Shown piece after piece: positions 10,058-19,076 of a stretch of DNA of 59,282 bases. The position numbers and the translations under genes are program-made. Source of the stretch: Dehalococcoidia bacterium. Lineage in GTDB: Bacteria > Chloroflexota > Dehalococcoidia > UBA2979. Location of the stretch: assembly GCA_003599735.1 (NCBI GenBank), contig QZJI01000040.1, positions 1 through 59,282 on the forward strand, read 5' to 3'. Positions within the stretch are counted from its first letter, which is position 1; every line of letters begins with the position of its first letter. The notes beneath the pieces were generated by a model. That model searched no databases, had not been told where the DNA came from, and was given only the letters and a program-made list of their open reading frames with translations.

Positions 10058-10866
10058 TGAAGGTACTCCTCAAATACTTCGAAGGTCCGCTGAAGCGCCT
10101 GGAGCGCCAGCTCCGAGATACGTCGTGAATTCATTTGACTGCCGACTGCCCTCAGTCCACGGAGGCTCGCTGAGACAGTCTCCTTGATGTAGTCGCGGAT
10201 TTCCCGGCGTCGAGCGAGCGCAACGAGTGCGGTGGGAGCCCGTTGCTGTAGCGTCCTTCCCAAGTCGAGTTCGAATCGCGCAAAGACGTCGAACGCAAGA
10301 TAACGCTCCACTGCGAAGAACCGTTCTTCCTCGGACAGGCGAAGTAGATCGGCGCTCGGAAACCGGTCCAGCAGCTCTACGAACGCTTCTTTGATAGACA
10401 GCCGGGATGCCTCTGCATCTTGCGAGCCGTCCATCGGGCGCACTGCTTCGACAATGGAGTCGATGACTTCGTCGGCTGAGGCCCCTTCTCCCACGAGCAG
10501 GTCAACGAGCGACTCTTGGGCAACTCCCTCCCGAGAGAGCGTCTCGTAGAGCCGACCCGCTGTGCGGGCCGTACCTCCCATTCGCAACGCCGCCGTCTGC
10601 GAGCCGCCGTAGCCGCGACGGACGTAGTAGCCCAACGCTCGGCGCATCGCGCCGCCTCCGCCGCCACGGGCGAAGCCGCCAAGGCTAGTACGAGCGGCTC
10701 CGAAGCGATTCGGGAAGGCGATAGGTGGAGGTGGGACGGGAGATGATGGCTCGGGAGGTTGGTCGCCATCGTCTGGCTGATCGTCAGGCGGGATCAGTGG
10801 CGGAACCCAAGGGGGAATGAGCGGGACGCCGGACGCCGGACCACTGCTAGACCTTGAGGTACCCAC
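10054..10866 (-). CDS. qatB: QatB
   Basis: Starts MGTSRSSSGP with a Pro-rich N-terminus; lies between the KAP ATPase and the QueC-like gene with overlapping codons. Confidence 0.88.
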   Translation of the reverse strand: MGTSRSSSGPASGVPLIPPWVPPLIPPDDQPDDGDQPPEPSSPVPPPPIAFPNRFGAARTSLGGFARGGGGGAMRRALGYYVRRGYGGSQTAALRMGGTARTAGRLYETLSREGVAQESLVDLLVGEGASADEVIDSIVEAVRPMDGSQDAEASRLSIKEAFVELLDRFPSADLLRLSEEERFFAVERYLAFDVFARFELDLGRTLQQRAPTALVALARRREIRDYIKETVSASLRGLRAVGSQMNSRRISELALQALQRTFEVFEEYLQ

Positions 10867-12715
10867 TCTTCTTCCGCTCCTGAGTAATCGCTGCCTTCAC
10901 CGGAGCAGGCGTGTCGGCAGTCCCGTACCACGCCTCGAATACTTCACCCGACCAGAGTTGATCACCGATCTTCGGCACAACACTCGGCCGAAGTTGGGCA
11001 GCTGGACGATCCTTGAGGAAGGCGGAGAGCCGAGCACCTTGCGCCGGATCGGCATTCGCAACAGCGAGTGCGGCAGTCAGAATCGGCGGAGCGCCCCACT
11101 CCTGGACTTGCCGCGCTCTTTCCAGAATCCGATCCATGACGATCGTGAGTTCTCGTCGCGCGAGTTGAGTCAGCCGAACGTGCAAGCCATCGGCCATGTC
11201 GGGGTACTCAAGAACCGCGGAGAGGATCTCAGCACCATCCGAAGACAAGCGATCCTCGGGCGTAATAAGCGGTGCATGCTCGCGACTGACATACAGCGCG
11301 CCACGCAGATCCTGATCCGCCAAGTGAGGTGCCACCGCCAGCCACTCGCGGATAAACGCGGAGTTCCAAGGCTCATCAAGATCGACCTCCGCGCCATTCG
11401 CTGCGGATTCCTCCCAGGGGCTTAAGAACTGCGGCCTGCCAGCTTCATCGTTATTTACTGCATGCGTGAGCGCGACGTATGCCGCGGGATCTGCACATCG
11501 TTCAAAAAGGAGAAGCTTTGCCAGAACGGCTTCATCGACACCTACTCCGTTGGCCCTGGAGATGGCCATTCGAATCGAGAGCGCGTTGAGGAAGCGCTTG
11601 ATCAGTCGCGGGTTACCAGCAATTTGGGACGTAGTCGTCATTAGCGGAGCGAGCCGGTCAGCGGTGTCGAATCTGGCTACGAGCTCGCTGGGGAAGTCCG
11701 ATTGGATCGTCTGCATGAATGCACGATCGACACGTCGACCGCGCCACGTTTGAGCAAGCTGGTCGCAGACTCTTGCCCTGATGCTTTCCTTCTCTTCTGG
11801 AGCGAGCGAGCTGTTCTCCACGAAGAGAAGCATCATGTAGGCGCGCACCTCCTGAGTGCCAAGCGGCGGCACGCGAATCGGCACCTGAATGAGCTTGTCG
11901 AAATAGCTAGTGACGAGGGTCTCGTCCACTCCGTCAAAATGACGCCGGACCGCGTGCTTGATCATCGTGTCATCGGCAGCGATGACGAAAGCGGTGTCCT
12001 TAAGAAACAGAAACAAGCGGATAGCTTCGAGCGTGGAAATCGTGGTCGGAGGAAGGCATCGATCAAGATCGTCGATGAGTACGACCAACCTCACATTCAT
12101 CTCACGAAGGGTTTCCTCGAAGCACTCTCGAATCGCGTGGATCTCTTGCGGTGGAGAGCCACCGGACTTTGTCTGAATGACGGAGCGAGCTTCTTCGCTG
12201 AGATTACCGAGAGCGTTGGAGACGTCGCCGACTGCCTTCGAGTCGACATTCTTGTCCAAGAGTTGTGATCCGGACCGATACACCTCGCCTATGAGTCCAA
12301 TCGGTGGGAGACCAAGCGCCATTGAAGCCACGGAGCCGCCAACGAGTTTTGCGGCGCGCAACCAATCAACTCGGCCGAGAAGCTCCTTTGCACGATCAGC
12401 CCCCGTCTTCCGTCGTTCGGCCTCGCTAGCAAGCGCCGTTGCGATCACTTCTAGCAGCGCTGCACGCGCATCGTCGTAGCCTTGATAGAGCCACGCGTTG
12501 AACTCGACAAATACGAAGTTCTCGGCATCGGCATCAGGTCGCTGAGTGAACGAACGACGGATCAACTTGATCATGGAGGACTTCCCCACCCCCCATGCGC
12601 CTGACACACCGATCGATATCGGCCTACCATCGGCCTGAACAATGATCTCTGCGACCGTGTTGGCGACCCCTGAGAAGTTCAGGAAGTCGTTCTCAGTCTC
12701 GTTGTCCGCCCACAT
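10847..12715 (-). CDS. qatA: QatA, KAP-family P-loop NTPase
   Basis: MWADNET start (ATG 12715), Walker A GAWGVGKSS, FNAWLYQGYDD, Walker B VLIDDLDRCLP, GNPRLIKRFLN. Confidence 0.92.
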   Translation of the reverse strand: MWADNETENDFLNFSGVANTVAEIIVQADGRPISIGVSGAWGVGKSSMIKLIRRSFTQRPDADAENFVFVEFNAWLYQGYDDARAALLEVIATALASEAERRKTGADRAKELLGRVDWLRAAKLVGGSVASMALGLPPIGLIGEVYRSGSQLLDKNVDSKAVGDVSNALGNLSEEARSVIQTKSGGSPPQEIHAIRECFEETLREMNVRLVVLIDDLDRCLPPTTISTLEAIRLFLFLKDTAFVIAADDTMIKHAVRRHFDGVDETLVTSYFDKLIQVPIRVPPLGTQEVRAYMMLLFVENSSLAPEEKESIRARVCDQLAQTWRGRRVDRAFMQTIQSDFPSELVARFDTADRLAPLMTTTSQIAGNPRLIKRFLNALSIRMAISRANGVGVDEAVLAKLLLFERCADPAAYVALTHAVNNDEAGRPQFLSPWEESAANGAEVDLDEPWNSAFIREWLAVAPHLADQDLRGALYVSREHAPLITPEDRLSSDGAEILSAVLEYPDMADGLHVRLTQLARRELTIVMDRILERARQVQEWGAPPILTAALAVANADPAQGARLSAFLKDRPAAQLRPSVVPKIGDQLWSGEVFEAWYGTADTPAPVKAAITQERKKSGYLKV

Positions 12716-12831
12716 TGTTCCCTCAACCTTCGGCCGGAAAGTAGCAGATTCTCGCACGGGGAAGGGACATCCGCTTCCCGAGCACGGCTCGCGCGGGTCT
12801 CAAGAATCGCGCTGTAGGTGGCAGGGCACGA

Positions 12832-13938
12832 ATGCCAAGACACAAGCAAGATGCTTCGCTCCGAAGCGATGACGGGCTGATGTGGAAACCGAGACCTGGT
12901 GCGACGGCATCAGGGGACGAATTCATCGCGGCGAGGGCACTCTTCGCGAGCCTCCACGAAGAGGCGCTGTGGAACCCATGGGTGCTTGACGATCGCGCTT
13001 CAGAGATCGAGCAGGCGAAGGCGGTCATGGAGCAGTGGACGCGCGCCGAGCCCAGGCTCAAGCAAATGACGCGCAAGGAACTGAAGCAGCTATTGGCGCG
13101 CGAGCGCGAAGAGTTCGCTGCTCAGCAGACGGAAGCGAACAGCCGACGCGAGATCCGGCGAGCACTGTACGACCCACAGCGCGATCAAGCGCGTCTTGCC
13201 CTTTTGGAACAAGAGGCGTGGTTGACGATGCAGCAGTGCGACCGCCAGCAACTGCTCGATGGAACGGGCTTCCCCGCGATGCAGGCCGATCGACGCGCGA
13301 TCGCGGTGAAAGAATGCGACACCGCGATCGCCCGGATTCGGCCCCTCGTTGACCGGACGCGTGCCGAGATCGGAGATCCTGAGACCGTCATTGATCAACA
13401 GGGTTGGCTGCCGGCCGAGCGCCGCGAGCGTTCCCTTTCGCGATTCTCCTGGGAGCGACGAGAGGCGATCCGGCAGTTGCGTGTTGAAGTGGTCGCGCTC
13501 GAAGGAGCCTTCCCGGACATCCGCGGGCGGAAGGAACGAGCGGACGCGCGGCGAGCGCTCGCCGAACAGCAGGCACGACTGGATGAGTGGGTCGCCATTC
13601 CGGCACTCACCTCCGAGCAAATGTGCTCCGAGTGTCAGCGGCCTGCAGCGTGGCACCTCACCGGTCTGCTCACTGCGATCGGCTGGCAAGCGCCTTGCTT
13701 GGCGTGGCCCTACTGGAGTGATCGAATCCGCCAGGCTCGAGAAATGCTGCTGGATAGAGCGAGGCGTTCAGATCCTATCGAGGCTCCGCGGGCGCGGCCG
13801 CAGCCGCTTGCTAAGGTCCCTTCGGGCATCCCCATCAGCGAAGTCGTGTCCATGTTGACCGAGTTACAGGCACAGCACCCTGACGCCGAAGTGCGACGAG
13901 CAAAAGATAACGGCTGGGAGTTGTGGTCCAGCGATTGA
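12832..13938 (+). CDS. Uncharacterised helical/coiled-coil protein with a CxxC-H-C cluster
   Basis: 368-aa ORF with coding-like codon usage, divergent from qatA; CSECQRPAAWH...PCLAWP; no family recognised. Confidence 0.75.
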   Translation: MPRHKQDASLRSDDGLMWKPRPGATASGDEFIAARALFASLHEEALWNPWVLDDRASEIEQAKAVMEQWTRAEPRLKQMTRKELKQLLAREREEFAAQQTEANSRREIRRALYDPQRDQARLALLEQEAWLTMQQCDRQQLLDGTGFPAMQADRRAIAVKECDTAIARIRPLVDRTRAEIGDPETVIDQQGWLPAERRERSLSRFSWERREAIRQLRVEVVALEGAFPDIRGRKERADARRALAEQQARLDEWVAIPALTSEQMCSECQRPAAWHLTGLLTAIGWQAPCLAWPYWSDRIRQAREMLLDRARRSDPIEAPRARPQPLAKVPSGIPISEVVSMLTELQAQHPDAEVRRAKDNGWELWSSD

Positions 13939-13971
13939 GCAATCGGTCGCCAAACAGGTTGCCCAGATATC

Positions 13972-14011
13972 GGGACACATTCACCGCGCGAAACACGGTG
14001 AATAGAGTCCC
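13972..14011 (+). terminator. Stem-loop after the 368-aa gene (possible terminator without U-tract, or RNA element)
   Basis: GGGAC/GTCCC and ATTCACCG/CGGTGAAT pair; 33 nt after the stop. Confidence 0.35.
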
Positions 14012-14146
14012 ATGCGGCAAAACGCCCAATGCGTCTCCAACTCGAGCGGGCCCGGTCAGGAACGGAAATGCGGCTCCTCGCGAAATGAAACCCTGATCTC
14101 TGCTCGCCCAGTGCTCATCCGGGTTCATAGTCACGTATTGTGTATC

Positions 14147-14191
14147 TTCAAACCCGGAAGTAAGCTGATGGAGCATAGATCCGGGATTGAA
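14147..14191. promoter_or_regulatory. Inverted repeat, likely AbiEi autoregulatory operator
   Basis: TTCAAACCCGGA (14147-14158) and TCCGGGATTGAA (14180-14191), one mismatch, just before GTG 14197. AbiEi antitoxins are known to bind promoter inverted repeats. Confidence 0.55.
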
Positions 14192-14196
14192 ATAAC

Positions 14197-15084
14197 GTGG
14201 ATTCAATTTCTGCCCGCAGCAGCGTGGGAATCGACCGCCGGATCCCAACCTGGGCCGCTGGAGTGCTGGCGCGCCTCGCCCAGGATCGGCCCACGGTACT
14301 TACGCGCGCCGACATCGGGAAATACCTCGCGGAGGTGGCATCAGACCGCGATGTCGAGCGCACGATCCACGAGCTTCAGCGGTTGGGGTGGATTGCCCCT
14401 CTCCGCCTGAAAGGCGTTTGGGCGTACCTCCCGCCGGGTGAGGCCGAAGTTATCGATCCCTACATCGACCTCCGGGCTTGGCGGGCAAGAAATCCCACGG
14501 CGACGTTTGCATTGGCAGGGGAAGCCGCGGCGTGGCACCTCGGTTACCTCGCCCGCGCCTTTGACGGAGCGGTCTCCGTCTGGGTGCCGGTTGGAACACG
14601 AATACCGCATGGGTTACGGACTCATGTGTCCGTGGTGACGCTCGGCTGGGGGGCTGACCTGGCGCAGCGTCTCGGCCCATCTTCCGCTCTGCTGCACCGC
14701 CGCCACCTCGACCTCACTGCTTGGGCGAGTGGACTACCGGCATTCGGGCCGGACGCGCTCGTTGTCCAGCTCGCCGGTCGCCCCGCGTCATTCCGTGCAT
14801 GGGCTGACCTCGTACCGAATCTCAGCCGGCTCGTCGCGGACTGTGATCCCGTACGGCTACCGGAGCTGCTGGCAGGACATTCAGCGGCTACGTGGCAACG
14901 AGCAGCGTACTTGGTGCATCGTGGCGGTGGTGACGATCTCGCCGCCGTATTGCTTGCGGGGCGGCCGCCCGGAAAGATGCAGCACGTAGCGATAGGCGCC
15001 GGCGATAACGCGGATTGGTCTCGAGAGTTCGGGGTCTCTGACCGGCTCGTTGCGCCGCTGCAGCGCGTCCTTGGGAAAGCCTAA
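14197..15084 (+). CDS. Type IV TA antitoxin, AbiEi family (Rv2827c/MenA4-like)
   Basis: DRRIPTWA...LAQDRPTV, LAGEAAAWHLGYL, RPASFRAWADLVP, WQRAAYL and C-terminal VLGKA follow my recollection of Mtb Rv2827c; N-terminal wHTH. Confidence 0.88.
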   Translation: MDSISARSSVGIDRRIPTWAAGVLARLAQDRPTVLTRADIGKYLAEVASDRDVERTIHELQRLGWIAPLRLKGVWAYLPPGEAEVIDPYIDLRAWRARNPTATFALAGEAAAWHLGYLARAFDGAVSVWVPVGTRIPHGLRTHVSVVTLGWGADLAQRLGPSSALLHRRHLDLTAWASGLPAFGPDALVVQLAGRPASFRAWADLVPNLSRLVADCDPVRLPELLAGHSAATWQRAAYLVHRGGGDDLAAVLLAGRPPGKMQHVAIGAGDNADWSREFGVSDRLVAPLQRVLGKA

Positions 15085-15094
15085 TGCGACGGCG

Positions 15095-15973
15095 ATGCTA
15101 ACCCGAGCGCTTGTCGGTCTTCACGGTGCTGGTCGTGCCGACACCTACGGCGCGGCCTTACTCGACGTCGCTCAGGACCACCTGCTGTGGCTTCTTGACC
15201 AACTCGGCATGTTTGACGGCGCGCTCGTACTCAAGGGGGGCACCAGCCTACGAAAATGCCGCATCGGCAGTGCCGGGCGCTTCTCGACCGATCTCGATTT
15301 CGTTGCGCCGGACGACGGCGTCGTGCTCGACGTGTGTGCGGCGATCAACGGCGCGGCGGTATCCGGCTTCAACTTCGGACTCACTGCGACACGCGGCGAC
15401 GGTCGACACTGGACGTTGACCGTGCACCAGGACGATCTCGGTAGCCCTGATGTCGCTGCGTCAGTCGAGTTCGCACGTCGACCGCTCATCCTGCCACCGG
15501 AACGGTTGCCGTTTGTGCCAGTGCCCGTGCATCGCTCGTATGACGTGACCTTGCCGACGCTTCCGGTGATCGCCGAGGCGGAGGCGTGCGCCGAGAAGCT
15601 GGCGCGTTACAGACGAACTGCACTCGGCCGTGATGTCTACGACCTCGCCCAGTTCGCCAGACGCCCGATGAACGAACAACTCGTACGCAGAGTCTGGGTG
15701 TTGAAAGTGTGGGGCGACGTCGTTGACGACGGGCGAGGTGAAGGACCGCTGGCCCCGGAAGGCGTTCTGACACCGCATCGTGCCGGCGACTTCGCGCCGG
15801 AGTCCATCGGCAAGCTCACGCAGCCAGTCGACGTCGTCGAGTGGGAGAGGCGCGTTCGCGCGCGGTTTGGCTTCCTCGCCAACATGGATGACGACGAACG
15901 GCGTTGGGCAGCATGCGATCCACGCGACCGTGGGGCCGTGCAGGCAGCAATCGAGGCCGGTGGCTTCCTCTAG
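15095..15973 (+). CDS. Type IV TA toxin, AbiEii nucleotidyltransferase (Rv2826c/MenT4-like)
   Basis: LKGGTSLRKC, RFSTDLDF, AEKLARY and RDVYDL motifs; collinear with Rv2826c as recalled. Confidence 0.9.
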   Translation: MLTRALVGLHGAGRADTYGAALLDVAQDHLLWLLDQLGMFDGALVLKGGTSLRKCRIGSAGRFSTDLDFVAPDDGVVLDVCAAINGAAVSGFNFGLTATRGDGRHWTLTVHQDDLGSPDVAASVEFARRPLILPPERLPFVPVPVHRSYDVTLPTLPVIAEAEACAEKLARYRRTALGRDVYDLAQFARRPMNEQLVRRVWVLKVWGDVVDDGRGEGPLAPEGVLTPHRAGDFAPESIGKLTQPVDVVEWERRVRARFGFLANMDDDERRWAACDPRDRGAVQAAIEAGGFL

Positions 15974-16099
15974 CGTTGTCCGTCCTCACGCGCGCGATGA
16001 TCGACATCACTGTCCTAAGCGGCGACCAATCCTGTCCGTTCCACTCTCAATCGTCGTGCTGCTCTGAACTCCGGCGTCCCCACACGGCGTGTCGATCGT

Positions 16100-16374
16100 C
16101 CTGATAAACGGCACGGCTACGTCGCAGGGCGGGCACGCGGAGTGCAGTCACCCGGGACTGGGTGTCCTTCGAGCCGTACTCCCAAGCCTCGATAGTCTGT
16201 CGGCATCGAATCGTCCCTGGTGGAGCGCTCGGGCGAGCGCGAAGGTGAGGTCATTCCGGTCGGCGGCCGCCTGCTCGGTGTGCTGGAACAGGTCGACGAC
16301 GAACCAATTGGGCGACGGTTCTAGGGAACGCCACCCGCCGCAACAGGAAGCGACGTCCTCCCAGCCTGAAAGTA
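16100..16374 (-). pseudogene. Frameshifted 3' remnant of an antitoxin-like gene, possibly followed by the first codons of its toxin
   Basis: Three consecutive frames join into TFRLGGRRFLLRRVAFPR / PSPNWFVVDLFQHTEQAAADRNDLTFALARALHQGRFDADRL / EYGSKDTQSRVTAL; no start or N-terminal half. Family assignment is from memory only. Confidence 0.45.
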
Positions 16375-16425
16375 TTGATATGGAACAAGCCTCCATGAAC
16401 CACCGGATTCGGTATACTTCGCAGT

Positions 16426-17100
16426 ATGAGTATGCCGCTGAGCCGACTGGTCGACATCGCCGAAAGCCAATGGGGGCTGTTTACACGTCCGCAGGCTGAG
16501 CAAGTCGACGTGGGCTGGACCACGCTTGCCCGCCTGACAAAAACCGGCCTCACTGAGCGCGTCGGGCACGGTGTGTATCGGATCCGGGGTTCGAGCGAAC
16601 CAGACCACCTGGATCTTCGGGTCGCCTGGCTACAACTCGAGCCGACTGCACTGGCATGGGCACGCTTCGAGAATCCCGGGGTTGCAGTGGTTTCGCACAG
16701 CTCGGCAGCGTCGATGTACCAACTCGGAGACCTTCGAGCCGATATCCATGAATTCACGCTCCCGGCGCGCAAGCAGAGCCGCCGTCGAGATGTCCGTCTG
16801 CACCGAGGGAGCGTTCCACCAAACGACTGGACCATGCTCGGTGGACTACCCGTGACGCGAGCCGGGCGGACGATTGGCGATCTCGTCGCGAGCGGGATCG
16901 ACCTAGAGACCGTGGCACGCATCACGGCGGAAGCGGTCGACCGCGTACTGGACTATCCGCGCGTGATCGGCGATCACCTCGCCCCTTCCGCCGCTCGATT
17001 CGGATTTCGTCGAGGCGATGGCAAGGCGCTCTTTGAATACCTGCTCTCAATCGCGGACTACAAGCTGAGGCCAGAACTCACCGCCTCTGACGTCGCATGA
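16426..17100 (+). CDS. Type IV TA antitoxin, AbiEi_4 family
   Basis: AESQWGLFTRPQA...LTERVGHGVYRI wHTH; VVSHSSAA; GLPVTRAGRTIGDL. Confidence 0.88.
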   Translation: MSMPLSRLVDIAESQWGLFTRPQAEQVDVGWTTLARLTKTGLTERVGHGVYRIRGSSEPDHLDLRVAWLQLEPTALAWARFENPGVAVVSHSSAASMYQLGDLRADIHEFTLPARKQSRRRDVRLHRGSVPPNDWTMLGGLPVTRAGRTIGDLVASGIDLETVARITAEAVDRVLDYPRVIGDHLAPSAARFGFRRGDGKALFEYLLSIADYKLRPELTASDVA

Positions 17101-18041
17101 CTGAGGATGCTCGGTATCGCACACCCCAGGCGCTCAACCGGGCCATTACCGATCGGCTCCGCACATTGAGCGCTGAAACGGGACAGCCGCTCCAGGACCT
17201 TCGGCGACAGTTTGCGTACGACCGGTTCTTGAGCCGCGTGTTCACGGCGCAGCCCGAACGCTGGGTGCTCAAGGGGGGCACGGCGATGCTCGCCAGGCTC
17301 GGAGCCTACGCGCGTCACTCTGACGACATCGACCTGTTGAGCCAGACGCAAGGAGTCTCGGAATCTGAAGCTCTGCTCGAAGCCGAACTGGCGCTCCGGC
17401 AGGCCGTGACGACCGACTTGAATGACCAATTTCGCTTCACGCTCGATCCCGGGCGGCGTGTCGCCGATGGCGGTATCGCCCTGCGGGTGACCGTGACCGC
17501 GTTCCTCGGCGTGACCGAGTTCGCGCGTTTCCACGTCGACCTGGTCGTCGGACTACACATGACCGGCTCGCCCGATACGCTCGGCGCGCTGGTTGCCGTC
17601 GATCTTCCGGGACTCGCCAAGGTCAACTATGTCGTCTATCCGATCGTGGACCACATCGCCGATAAGGTCTGTGCCTTCTTCGTAGAGCATCGCCGGCGCG
17701 ACGGTGAATCCATGTCCAGCACCCGCTTCCGTGACCTCGTCGATCTCGTGCTCTTCGCTCACAACGCCGCACCAGCTGCTGGCGACCTTCGGCATGCTCT
17801 GCAAAGCGAGCGGGCACGACGGAATCTGGTCTTGCCGACGACGTTCCCAACCCCCGCTGCGCCTGGCTGGAGGCAGGGTTACCAGACTGCGGCGCGGGAC
17901 GCGCGGGACATCGAGGAGACTGACCTGGACCGAGGCCTCGAGACCGCGAGGCGGTTCATCGATCCAGTCCTCAGTGGCACCGCCACTGGCGTCTGGGACC
18001 CCGATTCGTTGGAATGGGTCGGAGACACGATGGGTCGATGA
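17097..18041 (+). CDS. Type IV TA toxin, AbiEii nucleotidyltransferase
   Basis: WVLKGGTAM, RHSDDIDL, HIADKVCA, STRFRDLVDL; ATGA overlap with the antitoxin. Confidence 0.9.
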   Translation: MTEDARYRTPQALNRAITDRLRTLSAETGQPLQDLRRQFAYDRFLSRVFTAQPERWVLKGGTAMLARLGAYARHSDDIDLLSQTQGVSESEALLEAELALRQAVTTDLNDQFRFTLDPGRRVADGGIALRVTVTAFLGVTEFARFHVDLVVGLHMTGSPDTLGALVAVDLPGLAKVNYVVYPIVDHIADKVCAFFVEHRRRDGESMSSTRFRDLVDLVLFAHNAAPAAGDLRHALQSERARRNLVLPTTFPTPAAPGWRQGYQTAARDARDIEETDLDRGLETARRFIDPVLSGTATGVWDPDSLEWVGDTMGR

Positions 18042-18073
18042 TCGGCTCCGTGTGAATGGGAGAGAGGTCGGCC

Positions 18074-18229
18074 GTGGCCAAGATCCAAAAGCAGCAGAGT
18101 GAACCGCGGGAACCATTGCCTCCCGCTGTCGAGTACCTCTGCCGGGAGTACGGCAAAGTCGTCCGCGCGATTCTTCTCCGCGAACAAGAGGAACGAGAAG
18201 CCGAAGCCGCAAAGGCAAAGCAGGAGTAG
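18074..18229 (+). CDS. Small helical protein (51 aa)
   Basis: GAGAGG RBS and GTG start; MAKIQKQQSEPREPLPPAVEYLCREYGKVVRAILLREQEEREAEAAKAKQE; below the ORF-track cutoff. Confidence 0.45.
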   Translation: MAKIQKQQSEPREPLPPAVEYLCREYGKVVRAILLREQEEREAEAAKAKQE

Positions 18230-18473
18230 TTGGCGCGTCGGTTCTGCTACCGAGCGAGGAGCCGTCAGCCGGTAGCAGGCGCCGCAGGCCAGGGCGGACT
18301 TATCGGCTCTACGGTGCGGAGATTGAATCCGCGAAGCCGGGGGCGCTCCTTGAATATAGAGGTGGCTAAACGAGAGGGATGACGCAACGAAAGCGCGGCA
18401 ACTCGGCTCCGTTTATCACCCGTGAACCGTCATACCGAAGTTAGAGCAGGCCTGACGGCGCCTGTCGATGAAT

Positions 18474-19070
18474 TCAAACGGCCCTGACCTGCACCGTCCC
18501 GGCTAGTACCAACCAGGCCGTCACCACCGCGATGAATAGTCGTTGAACCATTCCGGCGCTGTCGCTGGTTGCGTAGCGCAGGCCAAGCAATGCGAGCAAC
18601 GCGACAGCGGCAGTCAGCAGCAGGCTCCAATTCCACCGTCCTCCATCGACCCAAGCACTGATGGCGCTGTAGACGATCATTCCGGCTACCAGGAACCAGA
18701 AGCCCGTTTGCGCGAGCTGAATATGGATGTTGCCCGCACGCGTAGCGGTCACCCGCGTCGAGGGATCGGTGACGAACACAGCGAGCCCCATGATGCAGAA
18801 GGCAGCTGCCGTCAGGAGCGCAGCTACCGCATAGCGAGGGAGAGTCGAGGGGGGCGATGCGGTGACGCTTACCACCGCGCATGAGAGTACGGAGAGGCCC
18901 AGGACGACGAAAGCAAATCGCATCGCCACGCCGTAGGTGCCGAGAGAGTACTCACTGATGTACCGAGTGGAAGGCTCGAACTCCGGCGACAACAGATGCA
19001 GTATCAGCAGGATGACGAGAAAGCTCGACGAGCCGGCGATCGTCCCTACCGCGAAGTCGTCGGTCGTCAT
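18474..19070 (-). CDS. DUF998-like membrane protein
   Basis: LHLLSPEFEPSTRYISEY, FVTDP, H, AGMVQRLF; several TM segments. Confidence 0.75.
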   Translation of the reverse strand: MTTDDFAVGTIAGSSSFLVILLILHLLSPEFEPSTRYISEYSLGTYGVAMRFAFVVLGLSVLSCAVVSVTASPPSTLPRYAVAALLTAAAFCIMGLAVFVTDPSTRVTATRAGNIHIQLAQTGFWFLVAGMIVYSAISAWVDGGRWNWSLLLTAAVALLALLGLRYATSDSAGMVQRLFIAVVTAWLVLAGTVQVRAV

Positions 19071-19076
19071 GCGTCC

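Noticed and set aside
18290-18350. tRNA or att site at the island boundary
   Set aside because: GATTGAATCC only loosely resembles a T-loop and no cloverleaf can be drawn.
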